A stretch of DNA of 64,000 nt from an uncultured Rikenellaceae bacterium (lineage in GTDB: Bacteria > Bacteroidota > Bacteroidia > Bacteroidales > VadinHA17): assembly GCA_964525415.1 (NCBI GenBank), contig CAZGGZ010000001.1, positions 6,284 to 70,283 of the forward strand, in the 5' to 3' direction. The translations under genes were made by a program, and so were the position numbers. The notes under the pieces are model-generated. The model was not told the origin of the DNA, did no database searches, and saw nothing but the letters and a program-made list of their open reading frames with translations. Shown here in pieces: positions 22,625 through 31,892 of the stretch. Each line of letters starts with the position of its first letter. Positions within the stretch are counted from its first letter, which is position 1.

Positions 22625-23014
22625 TTATTCTAAAGATTTGCCTTTCAATGTTTTCAACATAATCAATACTGAAAACAAAGTGAATGTTAAATATAAGACA
22701 AAAAATATTATAACAGATGATAATCCTGTTTTTTTAGATATAAAAAACCAGATTAATGCGAATATTAATTCAGCCAGAAATTTAATGCTTATAGCTATGA
22801 GGCTGTGCATGGTCTGGCTGGCAGGCTCCCTGCTCCGGCCCCTGAAAAAAATTACGAGGACCAGAATATTTATGAGGATAAATACCGCTGACGCTGCAAC
22901 AATATCATCGTAAACCAGACTTGCATCAAAGCTTGAAACAATAATAAATCCGGCGACAAGAATAGTAATTTCAAGCAGTGCCAGTAAAAAGATCGATTTG
23001 GCCAGAGGTTTCAA
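22625..23014 (-). CDS. Small 4-TM membrane protein of the atp operon (AtpI-like position), unknown function
   Basis: 129 aa, four hydrophobic helices, 8 nt from both atpZ and atpB. Confidence 0.55.
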   Translation of the reverse strand: MKPLAKSIFLLALLEITILVAGFIIVSSFDASLVYDDIVAASAVFILINILVLVIFFRGRSREPASQTMHSLIAISIKFLAELIFALIWFFISKKTGLSSVIIFFVLYLTFTLFSVLIMLKTLKGKSLE

Positions 23015-23022
23015 AAGATGGA

Positions 23023-23271
23023 TTATTTTTTTACTATGAAATCCTTGATGAGAACCCAGATTGCCGCGAAAACACCAAGAAGAGAAAGGATTATTGTAAA
23101 TACAGGTTTGCTGAATCCAGCCAGCTTATCAAGTTTAATACCTCCCCATGTTGTCAGGAAGATAATAACTCCCATCTGGACTACCAGTCCGGAATATTTG
23201 GCAAATGCAGACAGTCCGCTATTTTCCTGGTCGTTCTGGTTCTTTTGGTCTTGCTGCTCCTCCGTTGTCAT
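23023..23271 (-). CDS. AtpZ/AtpI-family small membrane protein (ATPase_gene1-like)
   Basis: 82 aa with an acidic/Q-rich N-terminus and two TM helices (YSGLVVQMGVIIFLTTWGGIKLD...). The family call is from memory. Confidence 0.65.
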   Translation of the reverse strand: MTTEEQQDQKNQNDQENSGLSAFAKYSGLVVQMGVIIFLTTWGGIKLDKLAGFSKPVFTIILSLLGVFAAIWVLIKDFIVKK

Positions 23272-23614
23272 CGTTATCGCTCATTTTGCAGTTTCCGGTA
23301 AATTTTGCTCCGGGTTCAATAGATAGTTTTGAAGTAGCTATATCGCCAAGTATCTTTGAAGAAGATTTCAGGATCAGCAGCTGACTTACACTTATTTTAC
23401 CTTCCACGCTGCCCGACACTTCGGAATTCTTGCATATGACCTCGCCATTAACCTTTCCTGTAACACCGATAACGACCTTCCCCTTTGTGTTCAGGTTCCC
23501 TGTAAGGGTGCCATCAATACGAATATCTCCGCTTGACTTGATATCCCCGGAAATATCCGTGCCATTACTTATCAGGTTTATTGCTGCAGGTTCAATCTCG
23601 TTGTTTTTTGCCAT
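23219..23614 (-). CDS. Bactofilin (polymer-forming cytoskeletal protein, DUF583)
   Basis: 131 aa with beta-helix repeats: ISGDIKSSGDIRIDGTLTGNLNTKGKVVIGVTGKVNGEVICKNSEVSGSVEGKI...ILGDIATSKLSIEPGAKFTGNCKM. Confidence 0.85.
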   Translation of the reverse strand: MAKNNEIEPAAINLISNGTDISGDIKSSGDIRIDGTLTGNLNTKGKVVIGVTGKVNGEVICKNSEVSGSVEGKISVSQLLILKSSSKILGDIATSKLSIEPGAKFTGNCKMSDNDDNGGAARPKEPERPGK

Positions 23615-23649
23615 CGCATTATAATTTAAGGAACACGCTTATATCCTCA

Positions 23650-23657
23650 CAAATATA
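23650..23657 (-). promoter_or_regulatory. -7 box (TATATTTG on the minus strand) heading the bactofilin-atp operon
   Basis: Exact TAnnTTTG about 36 nt upstream of ATG 23614, just downstream of the fabH stop. Confidence 0.4.
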
Positions 23658-23680
23658 AGAACTATTGTAGATATTCAGCA

Positions 23681-24679
23681 TCATTCCGGATCATACGCCC
23701 ACTTCAGGTAGATTGATCCCCATGTGAAGCCACCGCCAAACGCGGCAAGAATAAGGATATCCCCTTTTTTAAGCCTCTTCTCATACTCCCATATGCAGAG
23801 CGGGATGGTAGCGGTCGTAGTGTTCCCGTAGTTCTGAATATTTATCATGACTTTTTCAGGAGGAAGTCCCATTCTTCTTCCTGTCGCATCAATTATACGC
23901 AGGTTAGCCTGATGAGGCACAAGCCAGGCAATGTCTTCAGGCCTGAGATTATTCCTCTGCATTATTTCAACAGCAATATCGGCCATGTTCACCACCGCAA
24001 ATTTAAATACGCTCTGTCCTTCCTGGTAAAGGAAATGCTCCCTGGCATCAATGGTTTCATGGGATGAAGGTTTAACCGAACCGCCTGCTTTCAGATGTAA
24101 ATATTTACGCCCCGAACCGTCAGTATGAAAAATATGATCAATTATCCCGACATCTTCAGTAGTCGGCTCCAGCAAAACGGCTCCGGCTGCATCTCCGAAC
24201 AAAGGACATTGCGTACGGTCGGTATAATCAGTAATTGATGACATTTTATCGGCCCCGACAACGATAACTTTCCTGTATTTTCCGTTTTCTACATATTCTG
24301 CAGCAGTTTGCAGTGCAAACAGAAATCCGGAGCAGGCAGCATTCAAATCAAAGCTGAATGCATTTTTTATTCCAACCTTATCAGATATTATATTGGCCGT
24401 TGCAGGGAATGCCATATCGGGGGTTACAGTGGCACAGATCACAAGATCTATCTCATCAGGTGAAGTCCCGGTTTTTTCAAGCAGCCCCTTTACTGCCTGT
24501 TCTCCAAGGTCTGAACTCCCAAGTCCTTCTCCCTTCAGAATCCTTCTTTCTTTTATTCCAACACGCTGCATGATCCACTCGTCGGAGGTATCAACCATTT
24601 TTGAAAGTTCGTGGTTTGTAAGCCTGTACTCGGGAACCCAGGCATTAATCCCGGTAATGGCCGCACGAATTTTTTCCAT
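23681..24679 (-). CDS. fabH: 3-oxoacyl-ACP synthase III
   Basis: 332 aa with catalytic Cys in NAACSGF, His in PHQANLRI and Asn in [10 protein letters not shown]. Confidence 0.95.
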   Translation of the reverse strand: MEKIRAAITGINAWVPEYRLTNHELSKMVDTSDEWIMQRVGIKERRILKGEGLGSSDLGEQAVKGLLEKTGTSPDEIDLVICATVTPDMAFPATANIISDKVGIKNAFSFDLNAACSGFLFALQTAAEYVENGKYRKVIVVGADKMSSITDYTDRTQCPLFGDAAGAVLLEPTTEDVGIIDHIFHTDGSGRKYLHLKAGGSVKPSSHETIDAREHFLYQEGQSVFKFAVVNMADIAVEIMQRNNLRPEDIAWLVPHQANLRIIDATGRRMGLPPEKVMINIQNYGNTTTATIPLCIWEYEKRLKKGDILILAAFGGGFTWGSIYLKWAYDPE

Positions 24680-24680
24680 A

Positions 24681-25619
24681 TCAGATAGCTTCTTTTATCT
24701 TCCCGGCCAGGTCGGCGTGGACAACAGCCCTGGTCTGAAGGATCATGTTCATTATGGCTTTCCGCCTTGAAACGCCATGACCAATTACAACATTGGCATT
24801 GATACCTACAATGGGAGTGCCTCCAATGTTTTCAAAATCAAGACTATCAAAATAGGAATCCTTAAAGTTCTTTTCCTTGAAGATATGATGAAACGCTTCT
24901 GTCTGTTTTACGATCACATTCCCTACAAAGCCATCACATACAATTACATCTGGCATAGACTCCCTGAAAAGATAGTTTGCTTCCACATTCCCCCGGAAGT
25001 TGATCTGCTTTTCCTCCTTCATAAGTTCAAATGCAGCCCTGACAGACGGAGTCCCTTTTGATTCCTCTTCACCGATATTGAGCAGCTTGACAACCGGATT
25101 TTTGATTTCGAGCACGTATTCGGCAAAAATAGTACCCAGAATACCATACTGAAGGAGCACTTCAGGTTTGCAGTCAGGATTTAAACCCACATCCAGCATA
25201 ACCGAATGACGGTTGTCGATTGATGGGATGACCAGTGCCAGGGCAGGCCTTATGACTCCCGGAACCACATTCACTGTATAGGTTGCTCCAACGAGCATTG
25301 CACCGGTGTTGCCGGCACTGCAAAAACCGTCAATTTCGCTGTTTTTCAACATCCTGTAACCAACGGCAATGCTTGAATCCTGCTTCAGGGAGTAGGCCTT
25401 TGACGGGACATCCCCCATCTCAATTACCTGTGTAGTATGAATTATATCTACCTGAGCCGGATCAGCTTTCATCTCATCCAGCTTTCTGAGAATTGAGTCT
25501 TTATCTCCAATAAGTACCAGGCGTTCATCAGAAGATAAATGACCAAGTGAATCAATCGCACCTTCAATGATGGCTTCAGGCGCATAATCACCACCCATTA
25601 CATCCAGACCAATTCTCAT
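24681..25619 (-). CDS. plsX: Phosphate acyltransferase PlsX
   Basis: 312 aa, [21 protein letters not shown], in the conserved rpmF-plsX-fabH context. Confidence 0.95.
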   Translation of the reverse strand: MRIGLDVMGGDYAPEAIIEGAIDSLGHLSSDERLVLIGDKDSILRKLDEMKADPAQVDIIHTTQVIEMGDVPSKAYSLKQDSSIAVGYRMLKNSEIDGFCSAGNTGAMLVGATYTVNVVPGVIRPALALVIPSIDNRHSVMLDVGLNPDCKPEVLLQYGILGTIFAEYVLEIKNPVVKLLNIGEEESKGTPSVRAAFELMKEEKQINFRGNVEANYLFRESMPDVIVCDGFVGNVIVKQTEAFHHIFKEKNFKDSYFDSLDFENIGGTPIVGINANVVIGHGVSRRKAIMNMILQTRAVVHADLAGKIKEAI

Positions 25620-25646
25620 AGTCCTAATGATTTGTCATAAAAAATG

Positions 25647-25832
25647 TCAGGCAGTTGTTTTTTTCTCAACGGCCGGTTTTCCCCTGTAAAATCCGCACTC
25701 AGGACAAACCCTGTGGTACCTGACCGGTGCCCCGCAGTTTGAGCAATTAGCAACTGTCGGTGCATCAGCCTTATAATGCGTTCTGCGCTTATCTCTTCTC
25801 GTCTTCGAGTGTTTGCGTTTAGGATTTGGCAT
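25647..25832 (-). CDS. rpmF: 50S ribosomal protein L32
   Basis: MPNPKRKHSKTRRDKRRTHYK plus the zinc ribbon CSNCG...CPECG. Confidence 0.95.
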   Translation of the reverse strand: MPNPKRKHSKTRRDKRRTHYKADAPTVANCSNCGAPVRYHRVCPECGFYRGKPAVEKKTTA

Positions 25833-25843
25833 TTTCTCAGTCT

Positions 25844-26368
25844 TTAATTATTATACTTCAGTTTCCTCAATTCATCCCAGCGGGGGTCGTTTTCATTTTC
25901 GTTATTCACAATATGCTCCTTTAACTTCTTAAGCATTCCGGGATCACAAGTGCTTTTGCCCCTGCTGTCATCAGGATGCATCCTTTTTATTGGCAGGGCA
26001 AGCAGGATATACTCATAAAAGAGCTGCTTCAGATCAAGATCATGCTCATCTGCCGGCACGGTTATCATATCCGGATCATCATCCTCATGGATCCTGCCGA
26101 ATTTAACCAGCAGCCTGTTGACACATTCGACCGGCTGGGAGAATACTCCGAGGCATCTGTCGCAGGAAATGCTTACAGTCCCTCTGATTCTGACAACCAG
26201 GTCAACATGTGAAGGCCTTTTACCGGCTTCAACAACCACGGCAAGTTCTCCTTCTTTTACTTCCGACTCCTCAAACTGTTCAAAAAACGCTTTGTCAACC
26301 TTAAAATCAAAGTAGTGCTGTCCCTGTTTTAAACCTCCTATCGGTATGGTATATGACCCGGACATCAT
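25844..26368 (-). CDS. yceD: DUF177 / YceD-family protein
   Basis: 174 aa with the CDRCL motif, immediately upstream of rpmF. Confidence 0.85.
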   Translation of the reverse strand: MMSGSYTIPIGGLKQGQHYFDFKVDKAFFEQFEESEVKEGELAVVVEAGKRPSHVDLVVRIRGTVSISCDRCLGVFSQPVECVNRLLVKFGRIHEDDDPDMITVPADEHDLDLKQLFYEYILLALPIKRMHPDDSRGKSTCDPGMLKKLKEHIVNNENENDPRWDELRKLKYNN

Positions 26369-26449
26369 CTATTTTTTTGGTTTGCAAAAATATGAAAGCT
26401 TATTCAATTAAAAAAATTATAAACAAAAAAGTAACATTTGCCCTTCAAA

Positions 26450-26483
26450 CTGCAGGTTGCCGTTAAAAACCTGCAATTCGCCG
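26450..26483 (+). promoter_or_regulatory. Imperfect direct repeat with 21-bp phasing, candidate LytTR-regulator binding site
   Basis: CTGCAGGTTGCCG (26450..26462) and CTGCAATTCGCCG (26471..26483) are 10/13 identical, with starts 21 bp apart. They lie about 32 nt upstream of the -7 box of the liaF-like operon. Confidence 0.3.
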
Positions 26484-26514
26484 ATTTTCTCTGTTCCGGC
26501 GGCATTTTCAACAT

Positions 26515-26522
26515 TATTTTTG
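26515..26522 (+). promoter_or_regulatory. -7 box (TATTTTTG) for the LiaF-like/LytS/LytTR operon
   Basis: Exact TAnnTTTG 22 nt upstream of ATG 26545. Confidence 0.35.
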
Positions 26523-26544
26523 AACCAGATAAAAATTATACGAC

Positions 26545-26904
26545 ATGAGACATAAAGATTATTATTTACAGAGACACAGGGAGCATCATCCGCAGGTCGG
26601 AATCGGGCTTTTCTTCATCGTCCTCGGGCTTGCTCTGCTTGTCGCAACCAACGACTGGCTGCATCTTGGTGATATAAAGGAATACTTTACCTGGGAAACA
26701 GCAATGATTTTCGTAGGTGTTCTGCTCCTTCTCAATCTTCATTTCGTTCCCGGACTGCTTCTTATGGCAGGAGGAGCATGGTTCCTGATCGATGATTTTT
26801 ATGGTGAGATACCGGTTTTGCTGAAAACTATTTACTGGCCTGCAGTTATAGTGCTGATAGGTCTCTCCTTCATCATTTCCTCACTGGTAAAGAGGAATAA
26901 GTAA
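26545..26904 (+). CDS. Small membrane protein with LiaI/LiaF-type TM region and His-rich N-terminus
   Basis: 119 aa, N-terminus HKDYYLQRHREHHP, then 4 TM helices resembling the N-half of the next gene. Confidence 0.6.
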   Translation: MRHKDYYLQRHREHHPQVGIGLFFIVLGLALLVATNDWLHLGDIKEYFTWETAMIFVGVLLLLNLHFVPGLLLMAGGAWFLIDDFYGEIPVLLKTIYWPAVIVLIGLSFIISSLVKRNK

Positions 26905-26938
26905 CGGTAATAAAGTAAAAACAAATAAATTTACAGCT

Positions 26939-27694
26939 ATGGAAACAATAAATGACTACAGGGATGATAAGAGGGAGCCGTCAGAGCACGGGCATCATCA
27001 TCTCTCAAGCAACAGGGTGATAATCGGGGTAATACTTGTCCTTGCCGGACTTGCCCTTGTTATCAAAAACACAGGGTTTTTCCCCGATTTCATTGATAAT
27101 GTGATATTCAGCTGGCCTATGCTTCTTGTTGTGATTGGCCTGGTAATGACAATCGGAGCATCAGAAAAGACAGCCGGGATAATTATCATGGCGGTCGGAG
27201 GATTTTTCATGATCCCGCTGATCTTCCGCGAAACATTCCACATGTACAACATGTTCTGGCCTTCCATCTTCATAATTATAGGTATCATCTTTATAATTAC
27301 AAAACGAAAAGGATGGGGATCGGTGTCATCGAAAGGCATGGCAAACGATGATTATATTGATTATGTTGCTGTATTCAGCGGAAGTGAACGGCAGATCATT
27401 TCGCAGAATTTCCAGGGAGGTAAGATTTCATCCGTTTTCGGAGGTATCGATCTGGATCTTACAAAAGCAAAGCTGGCTCCGGGCAGAAATATGCTGGAAG
27501 TCGCTGCCGTATTCGGAGGTGTTGGCATAATTGTCCCTGATGATTGGTTCGTGACAATTGAGGTTACCCCGGTTCTCGGAGGTTTCAGCGATTCGCGGAG
27601 ACTTATGCCGGGAATGAATGTCGACAGGACAAGCCAGCTGATTATTAAGGGCGCTGTCGTATTCGGCGGCGGTGAAATAAAAAACCATAAATAA
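26939..27694 (+). CDS. LiaF-like cell-envelope stress membrane protein (DUF2154-type C-terminal domain)
   Basis: 251 aa with His-rich SEHGHHHL and 4 TM helices. The C-terminal beta-rich domain is VAVFSGSERQI...VFGGIDLDLTKAKL...VAAVFGGVGIIVPDDW...GGFSD. Confidence 0.75.
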   Translation: METINDYRDDKREPSEHGHHHLSSNRVIIGVILVLAGLALVIKNTGFFPDFIDNVIFSWPMLLVVIGLVMTIGASEKTAGIIIMAVGGFFMIPLIFRETFHMYNMFWPSIFIIIGIIFIITKRKGWGSVSSKGMANDDYIDYVAVFSGSERQIISQNFQGGKISSVFGGIDLDLTKAKLAPGRNMLEVAAVFGGVGIIVPDDWFVTIEVTPVLGGFSDSRRLMPGMNVDRTSQLIIKGAVVFGGGEIKNHK

Positions 27695-27700
27695 CCTGGT

Positions 27701-28756
27701 ATGAAGCATCCTGTACTTGAAAACAGGGTACGGTTTGTGGTATGGTGGCTGGTCTGGCTCTTTGTGGCGCTGGGCCAGGCACTTTTATTTTATTTCGCTT
27801 ATGGCACATTCCTGAACATCAGTATTGTTGACAGCCTCCTGTCACTTCTGATATATTCAGGCATCGCACTGTCATTGTGGTATCCATTTAACTTTTTCAA
27901 TACGGGACAGACAAAGTATCTGACTATTCTCATGAATCTGGTTCTCACGGGCGCTATTTCAATTGCCTCATGGATTATGATCACCAGGTTCATAATTCCT
28001 CTCATTCTTCCGGGGCAACAGAATTTTGATGAATACTGGACTGCGACTTTTCCTTACAGGATAGGTACAGGCGTTTTTATTTACGGCCTGATAATTCTTA
28101 CTTACTACCTTTTCATGAGTCTTACAAACCTGTCTGAAAAGAAATCCAGGGAGGCTAAGCTTGAGAGTCTTGTAAAGGAAACTGAACTTAAAATGCTCCG
28201 ATCGCAGATAAATCCTCATTTTCTATTCAACAGTCTCAATTCCGTGAGCTCGCTGACAATTACCGATCCGGATAAAGCAAGGGACATGGTAATCAAGCTG
28301 TCAGAATTCATGAGATATGCACTCTCAAAGAAGGACGAACAGCCTGTCACACTCAGAAGCGAGCTGGAAAACCTCAGGCTGTATCTCGATATTGAAAAAG
28401 TCAGGTTCGGTGACAGGTTATCAACAGAGGAAAAGATTGAAGAAAAGTGTTTTGATGTTAAAATGCCGGTAATGATGCTTCAGCCTCTTTATGAAAATGC
28501 AATAAAACACGGGGTTTATGAAAGTACCGAAATTGTCAGGATCATTACCAGTGTGAAGTTGATTGACGGCTATATGGAAATTATCATAAGCAATAATTAT
28601 GATCCGGCTCCGGAAGCGAGGAAGGGAACGGGTACGGGGCTGAAAAACGTTGTCCGCAGGCTTGAATTATTCTATGGCAACAAATCATATATGAAAACCT
28701 CCGGGGAAAACGGAATCTTTACCGTAAGTCTCTATATTCCTGCAGATTGTAAATAA
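27701..28756 (+). CDS. LytS/YehU-type sensor histidine kinase (His_kinase PF06580 type)
   Basis: 351 aa with 4-5 N-terminal TM helices, H-box LRSQINPHFLFNSLNSV, N-box LYENAIKHG and G-box GTGTGLKNV. Confidence 0.9.
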   Translation: MKHPVLENRVRFVVWWLVWLFVALGQALLFYFAYGTFLNISIVDSLLSLLIYSGIALSLWYPFNFFNTGQTKYLTILMNLVLTGAISIASWIMITRFIIPLILPGQQNFDEYWTATFPYRIGTGVFIYGLIILTYYLFMSLTNLSEKKSREAKLESLVKETELKMLRSQINPHFLFNSLNSVSSLTITDPDKARDMVIKLSEFMRYALSKKDEQPVTLRSELENLRLYLDIEKVRFGDRLSTEEKIEEKCFDVKMPVMMLQPLYENAIKHGVYESTEIVRIITSVKLIDGYMEIIISNNYDPAPEARKGTGTGLKNVVRRLELFYGNKSYMKTSGENGIFTVSLYIPADCK

Positions 28757-28821
28757 TTGATATTTGAAATTTATTATATATATTTATTCCTTCCAAACCC
28801 AGCCGGAGGAATAAGTTAAAA

Positions 28822-29571
28822 ATGGCAAAGATCAGAACTATTATAGTTGAGGATGAGGCTCCTGCCCGCGATATTATCAGGCACTATTTAAAGGAGCTTG
28901 AAGATATTGAAGTAGTTGCTGAATGTGCCGACGGATTTTCGGGACTGAAAACTATTTCAGCACTGAAGCCTGATCTGGTGTTCCTTGATATCCAGATGCC
29001 CAGGCTTACAGGGGTGGAAATGCTTGAGGTAATGACAGAGAAGCCTGCGATCATTTTCACAACCGCTTTTGATCAGTTTGCGCTTAAAGCTTTTGAGCTT
29101 AACGCTGTTGACTATATATTGAAGCCTTTCCCGAAAAGAAGGTTTATTGAAGCAGTGAACAAGGCTGTCGAAAAGATACGGTCAGGAACAGAAAATAAGG
29201 AACCTGCAGAGCTTCTTGCGAAAAAGCCGGAGTCCGCTGCCCCTGTCAACAGGATTGTAGTACGAAAGGGCAGTGCAATCAATCTCATCCCGGTTGAACA
29301 GGTAAAGTATGTTGAAGCACAGGATGATTATGTTATGATCCATCATTCATCCGGAAAAGCCCTCAAACAGCAGACCATGAAGTTCTATGAAGAAAACCTG
29401 CCGTCAAAGGATTTTGTCAGGATCCACCGTTCATTTATTGTCAGGGTTCAGGAGATCAACCGTATTGAACCCTATGAAAAGGATAATCATGTAGCTGTCC
29501 TTAAGTCGGGGGAAAAGCTACCGGTAAGCCGTGCCGGATATAAACACCTCAAGGAAGAACTCAGTTTCTGA
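28822..29571 (+). CDS. LytR/AlgR-family response regulator (receiver + LytTR DNA-binding domain)
   Basis: 249 aa with IIVEDE, LVFLDIQMP and ILKPF, and a C-terminal LytTR domain (VKYVEAQDDYVMIH...VRIHRSFIV). Confidence 0.92.
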   Translation: MAKIRTIIVEDEAPARDIIRHYLKELEDIEVVAECADGFSGLKTISALKPDLVFLDIQMPRLTGVEMLEVMTEKPAIIFTTAFDQFALKAFELNAVDYILKPFPKRRFIEAVNKAVEKIRSGTENKEPAELLAKKPESAAPVNRIVVRKGSAINLIPVEQVKYVEAQDDYVMIHHSSGKALKQQTMKFYEENLPSKDFVRIHRSFIVRVQEINRIEPYEKDNHVAVLKSGEKLPVSRAGYKHLKEELSF

Positions 29572-29592
29572 ATTGTTTAGCTGCTAAACAAT
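29572..29592. terminator. Bidirectional terminator hairpin filling the whole convergent spacer
   Basis: ATTGTTTAG-CTG-CTAAACAAT, a perfect 9-bp stem, occupies exactly the 21 nt between stop 29571 (+) and stop 29593 (-). Confidence 0.6.
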
Positions 29593-29889
29593 TTATCGTT
29601 TCAGACGATTACATTTTTTATATCTGGATAAAGGCATGTACCTTTTAAACCTGAATAAGGGTACAGGATCGTAACCATGTGTTCCTCCTGGCCGGCAGCG
29701 TAAAATCCTGTTTGTCCCCATTAGGAATCCGAATACAGGGCCGTGTATTTTAAGAGCATCCAGCATATATTGAGAACAGGAGGGTATATGACGACAGGAT
29801 GGCCTGATAAAAGGTGAAACGGCATACTTATAGAAATAAACCGGTAAAGAGAGAAGCACTGAGAATATCCTGCCCGGGAATTTTACCAT
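29593..29889 (-). CDS. yidD: Membrane protein insertion efficiency factor YidD
   Basis: YKYAVSPFIRPSCRHIPSCSQYMLDALKIHG...RILRCRPGGTHGYDPVP. Confidence 0.85.
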   Translation of the reverse strand: MVKFPGRIFSVLLSLPVYFYKYAVSPFIRPSCRHIPSCSQYMLDALKIHGPVFGFLMGTNRILRCRPGGTHGYDPVPLFRFKRYMPLSRYKKCNRLKR

Positions 29890-29939
29890 TAGATGTTTTT
29901 TTATATTCGCGGTCTTTATGAGATTAAGGGACGAATAAG

Positions 29940-30677
29940 TTATCTCTCCTTTACTTCAAACCATTTGGTATATTTGTGAATTGACCGCAGAATAATCCAT
30001 ATCACTGCGGCACTGGCCAGAGAATATATCCAGACCTTTGTAAAGAACAGCTTCTCCGCCAAAAAATAATTCCTGCAAAAATCCAGGACCGTGAATATCA
30101 GGAAAATATTCATGAAGCTGTTGTACTCCCTGCTCAGCACACTGCGCAGCGAAAAACGGAGTTTTGGCTTTATGAAATGAAATGAGAACGGGAAAAAGGC
30201 ACTGACCTTCTCTGACCACTTATCATATTCGTCCCCGAATTTCCTTCTCAGGAATTGCTCTTCGGCAAACATTATCCTCTCATAATAGAGCCAGTAAGCA
30301 AGGCAAAAAACAACAGTAAACCAGGCAGACCTGAGAAAAAGAACAGGGCCCAGCCACATAAGAAAGTTGCCAGCGTAAAGGGGATGTCTTACTATTGAAT
30401 AAAGACCGGTCACATTCAATTCATCTGCAATCTGACCAGCTGCTGTATTTCGTCCGGATGTGTTTCGCGCTGCAAATCCTACGGTAACTATCCTGATTAC
30501 CTCACCTAAAAGGCTTAGAGACAAGAATATCATTTCATCACGCAGATCAAATATGATAGCCTGCCTGTTCCCCAGGTACATCATTATAATTCCTGCAATG
30601 ACCATGAAAACCGGAAGCCAGCCTCTCCTCCTGAAAATCCAGTTGCCACTGTTTTCAAATTCATGCACCAGTGCCAT
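29940..30677 (-). CDS. ICMT/PEMT-family integral membrane methyltransferase
   Basis: 245 aa, polytopic, with the family motif VRHPLYAGNFLMWLGPVL...YERIMFAEEQFLRRKFGDEYDKW. Confidence 0.75.
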   Translation of the reverse strand: MALVHEFENSGNWIFRRRGWLPVFMVIAGIIMMYLGNRQAIIFDLRDEMIFLSLSLLGEVIRIVTVGFAARNTSGRNTAAGQIADELNVTGLYSIVRHPLYAGNFLMWLGPVLFLRSAWFTVVFCLAYWLYYERIMFAEEQFLRRKFGDEYDKWSEKVSAFFPFSFHFIKPKLRFSLRSVLSREYNSFMNIFLIFTVLDFCRNYFLAEKLFFTKVWIYSLASAAVIWIILRSIHKYTKWFEVKER

Positions 30678-30719
30678 TAAGGTAAGAATTAATTATCCTG
30701 CGGCAAAAGTATTAAAATT

Positions 30720-31874
30720 CTAGAAACTGTGTCTGATCCGGAGAAAGATGAGGTTGATTCTCGTTTTCAGGCTGTTCATTTCAGCATCGAAATGCTGCCA
30801 TAAAATTGAAAAATCAACATTCTCAGCCAGGGAATAATCAAACGACGGACCGGCAAAATATCCTTTCAGGTCAGGGAACCACATTGCAGATATGCCAATA
30901 TTCATCAAAGGTGTGGCAGCCCAGGTGAACTGGCCGAAAGCCGAGAACTCAGAGAAGGCAAGATCTCTGGCTGAAAGGTTCCCCGTATAGAAACTGTAAA
31001 TATTTGTCAGCTCCAGTGGATTATTGCAATACATCAGCTGGATCTGCGCCATTGAGTTTTTTTCAAATACCTTGTCAAATCCGGCAGTAATTATTGTTGT
31101 ACCAGCAGTGTCCCTGAAGTTATCCAGGGGACGGAACCATGATCCTTCTCCCCTGAAAGAAACTGATCCTATTGAACCTGACCATCCTGCACCCGCAACT
31201 ACATCGGAACTATTGGAGTACCCTGCAAGGAACTGGATATCATAGCCCCATTTGCTGAACCTGTATAAACCAGCGGCAGTCACATCATCCTCGCTGTCAA
31301 TTTTTGCTGCAAGTTCAATTGCTGATGAAAACGAAGGATAATACTGAAGCCTGACGGCATCGCTCCCCGGTCTCTCTGTGTAGTCAAAATCAAAAAATGA
31401 ATATGCATTGAAGATATCGTTCGGATTCCAGACAAATGTCTGTCCCCAGTTTATCCTCTGCCTGCCTATTTTTGCCTGGAATTTATTAAAGTTCAGATCA
31501 AGCCATACTCTGTCGATGGTCGTATTCAGGAAGAATGATCTTTCATCAACTATGTTCCATGACATATCAAGCCAGCCTTCATCTGTTCCGACCATGTCCG
31601 AATAACCATAATATGACCTGACCATATCACCGGTAAAGAGCCGGTTCCTCAGTTCAACAGCCAGGGTTATGTTATCATTTAAATATCCTTTGAAATTCAG
31701 CCTGTTGTGAAGAAGGTTTTCATAAATGAAAGGTCCTGACAGGGTATCAAACATTGCGCTTTGCAGTGTCGTCAGGTAACCGTTAAGTTCAAAGTATTCC
31801 GGTTTTTTCTCCTGTGATAAAAGAACTGAATTCAGGAAGCCCAGAAGAACAGGAATGATCAATAACTTTTTCAT
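30720..31874 (-). CDS. Outer-membrane beta-barrel protein of unknown family
   Basis: Signal peptide MKKLLIIPVLLGFLNSVLLSQ, 384 aa of alternating aromatic strands, and a C-terminal ...IFLRIRHSF ending in Phe (OMP beta-signal). Confidence 0.65.
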   Translation of the reverse strand: MKKLLIIPVLLGFLNSVLLSQEKKPEYFELNGYLTTLQSAMFDTLSGPFIYENLLHNRLNFKGYLNDNITLAVELRNRLFTGDMVRSYYGYSDMVGTDEGWLDMSWNIVDERSFFLNTTIDRVWLDLNFNKFQAKIGRQRINWGQTFVWNPNDIFNAYSFFDFDYTERPGSDAVRLQYYPSFSSAIELAAKIDSEDDVTAAGLYRFSKWGYDIQFLAGYSNSSDVVAGAGWSGSIGSVSFRGEGSWFRPLDNFRDTAGTTIITAGFDKVFEKNSMAQIQLMYCNNPLELTNIYSFYTGNLSARDLAFSEFSAFGQFTWAATPLMNIGISAMWFPDLKGYFAGPSFDYSLAENVDFSILWQHFDAEMNSLKTRINLIFLRIRHSF

Positions 31875-31892
31875 GCTTATGAGTAAGGCTTA

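Noticed and set aside
26451-26475. 8-bp hairpin TGCAGGTT-N9-AACCTGCA read as a terminator
   Set aside because: It lies in a divergent promoter region where no transcript ends. The pairing arises because the second copy of the direct repeat is preceded by AA, so the direct-repeat (regulator site) reading is more parsimonious.
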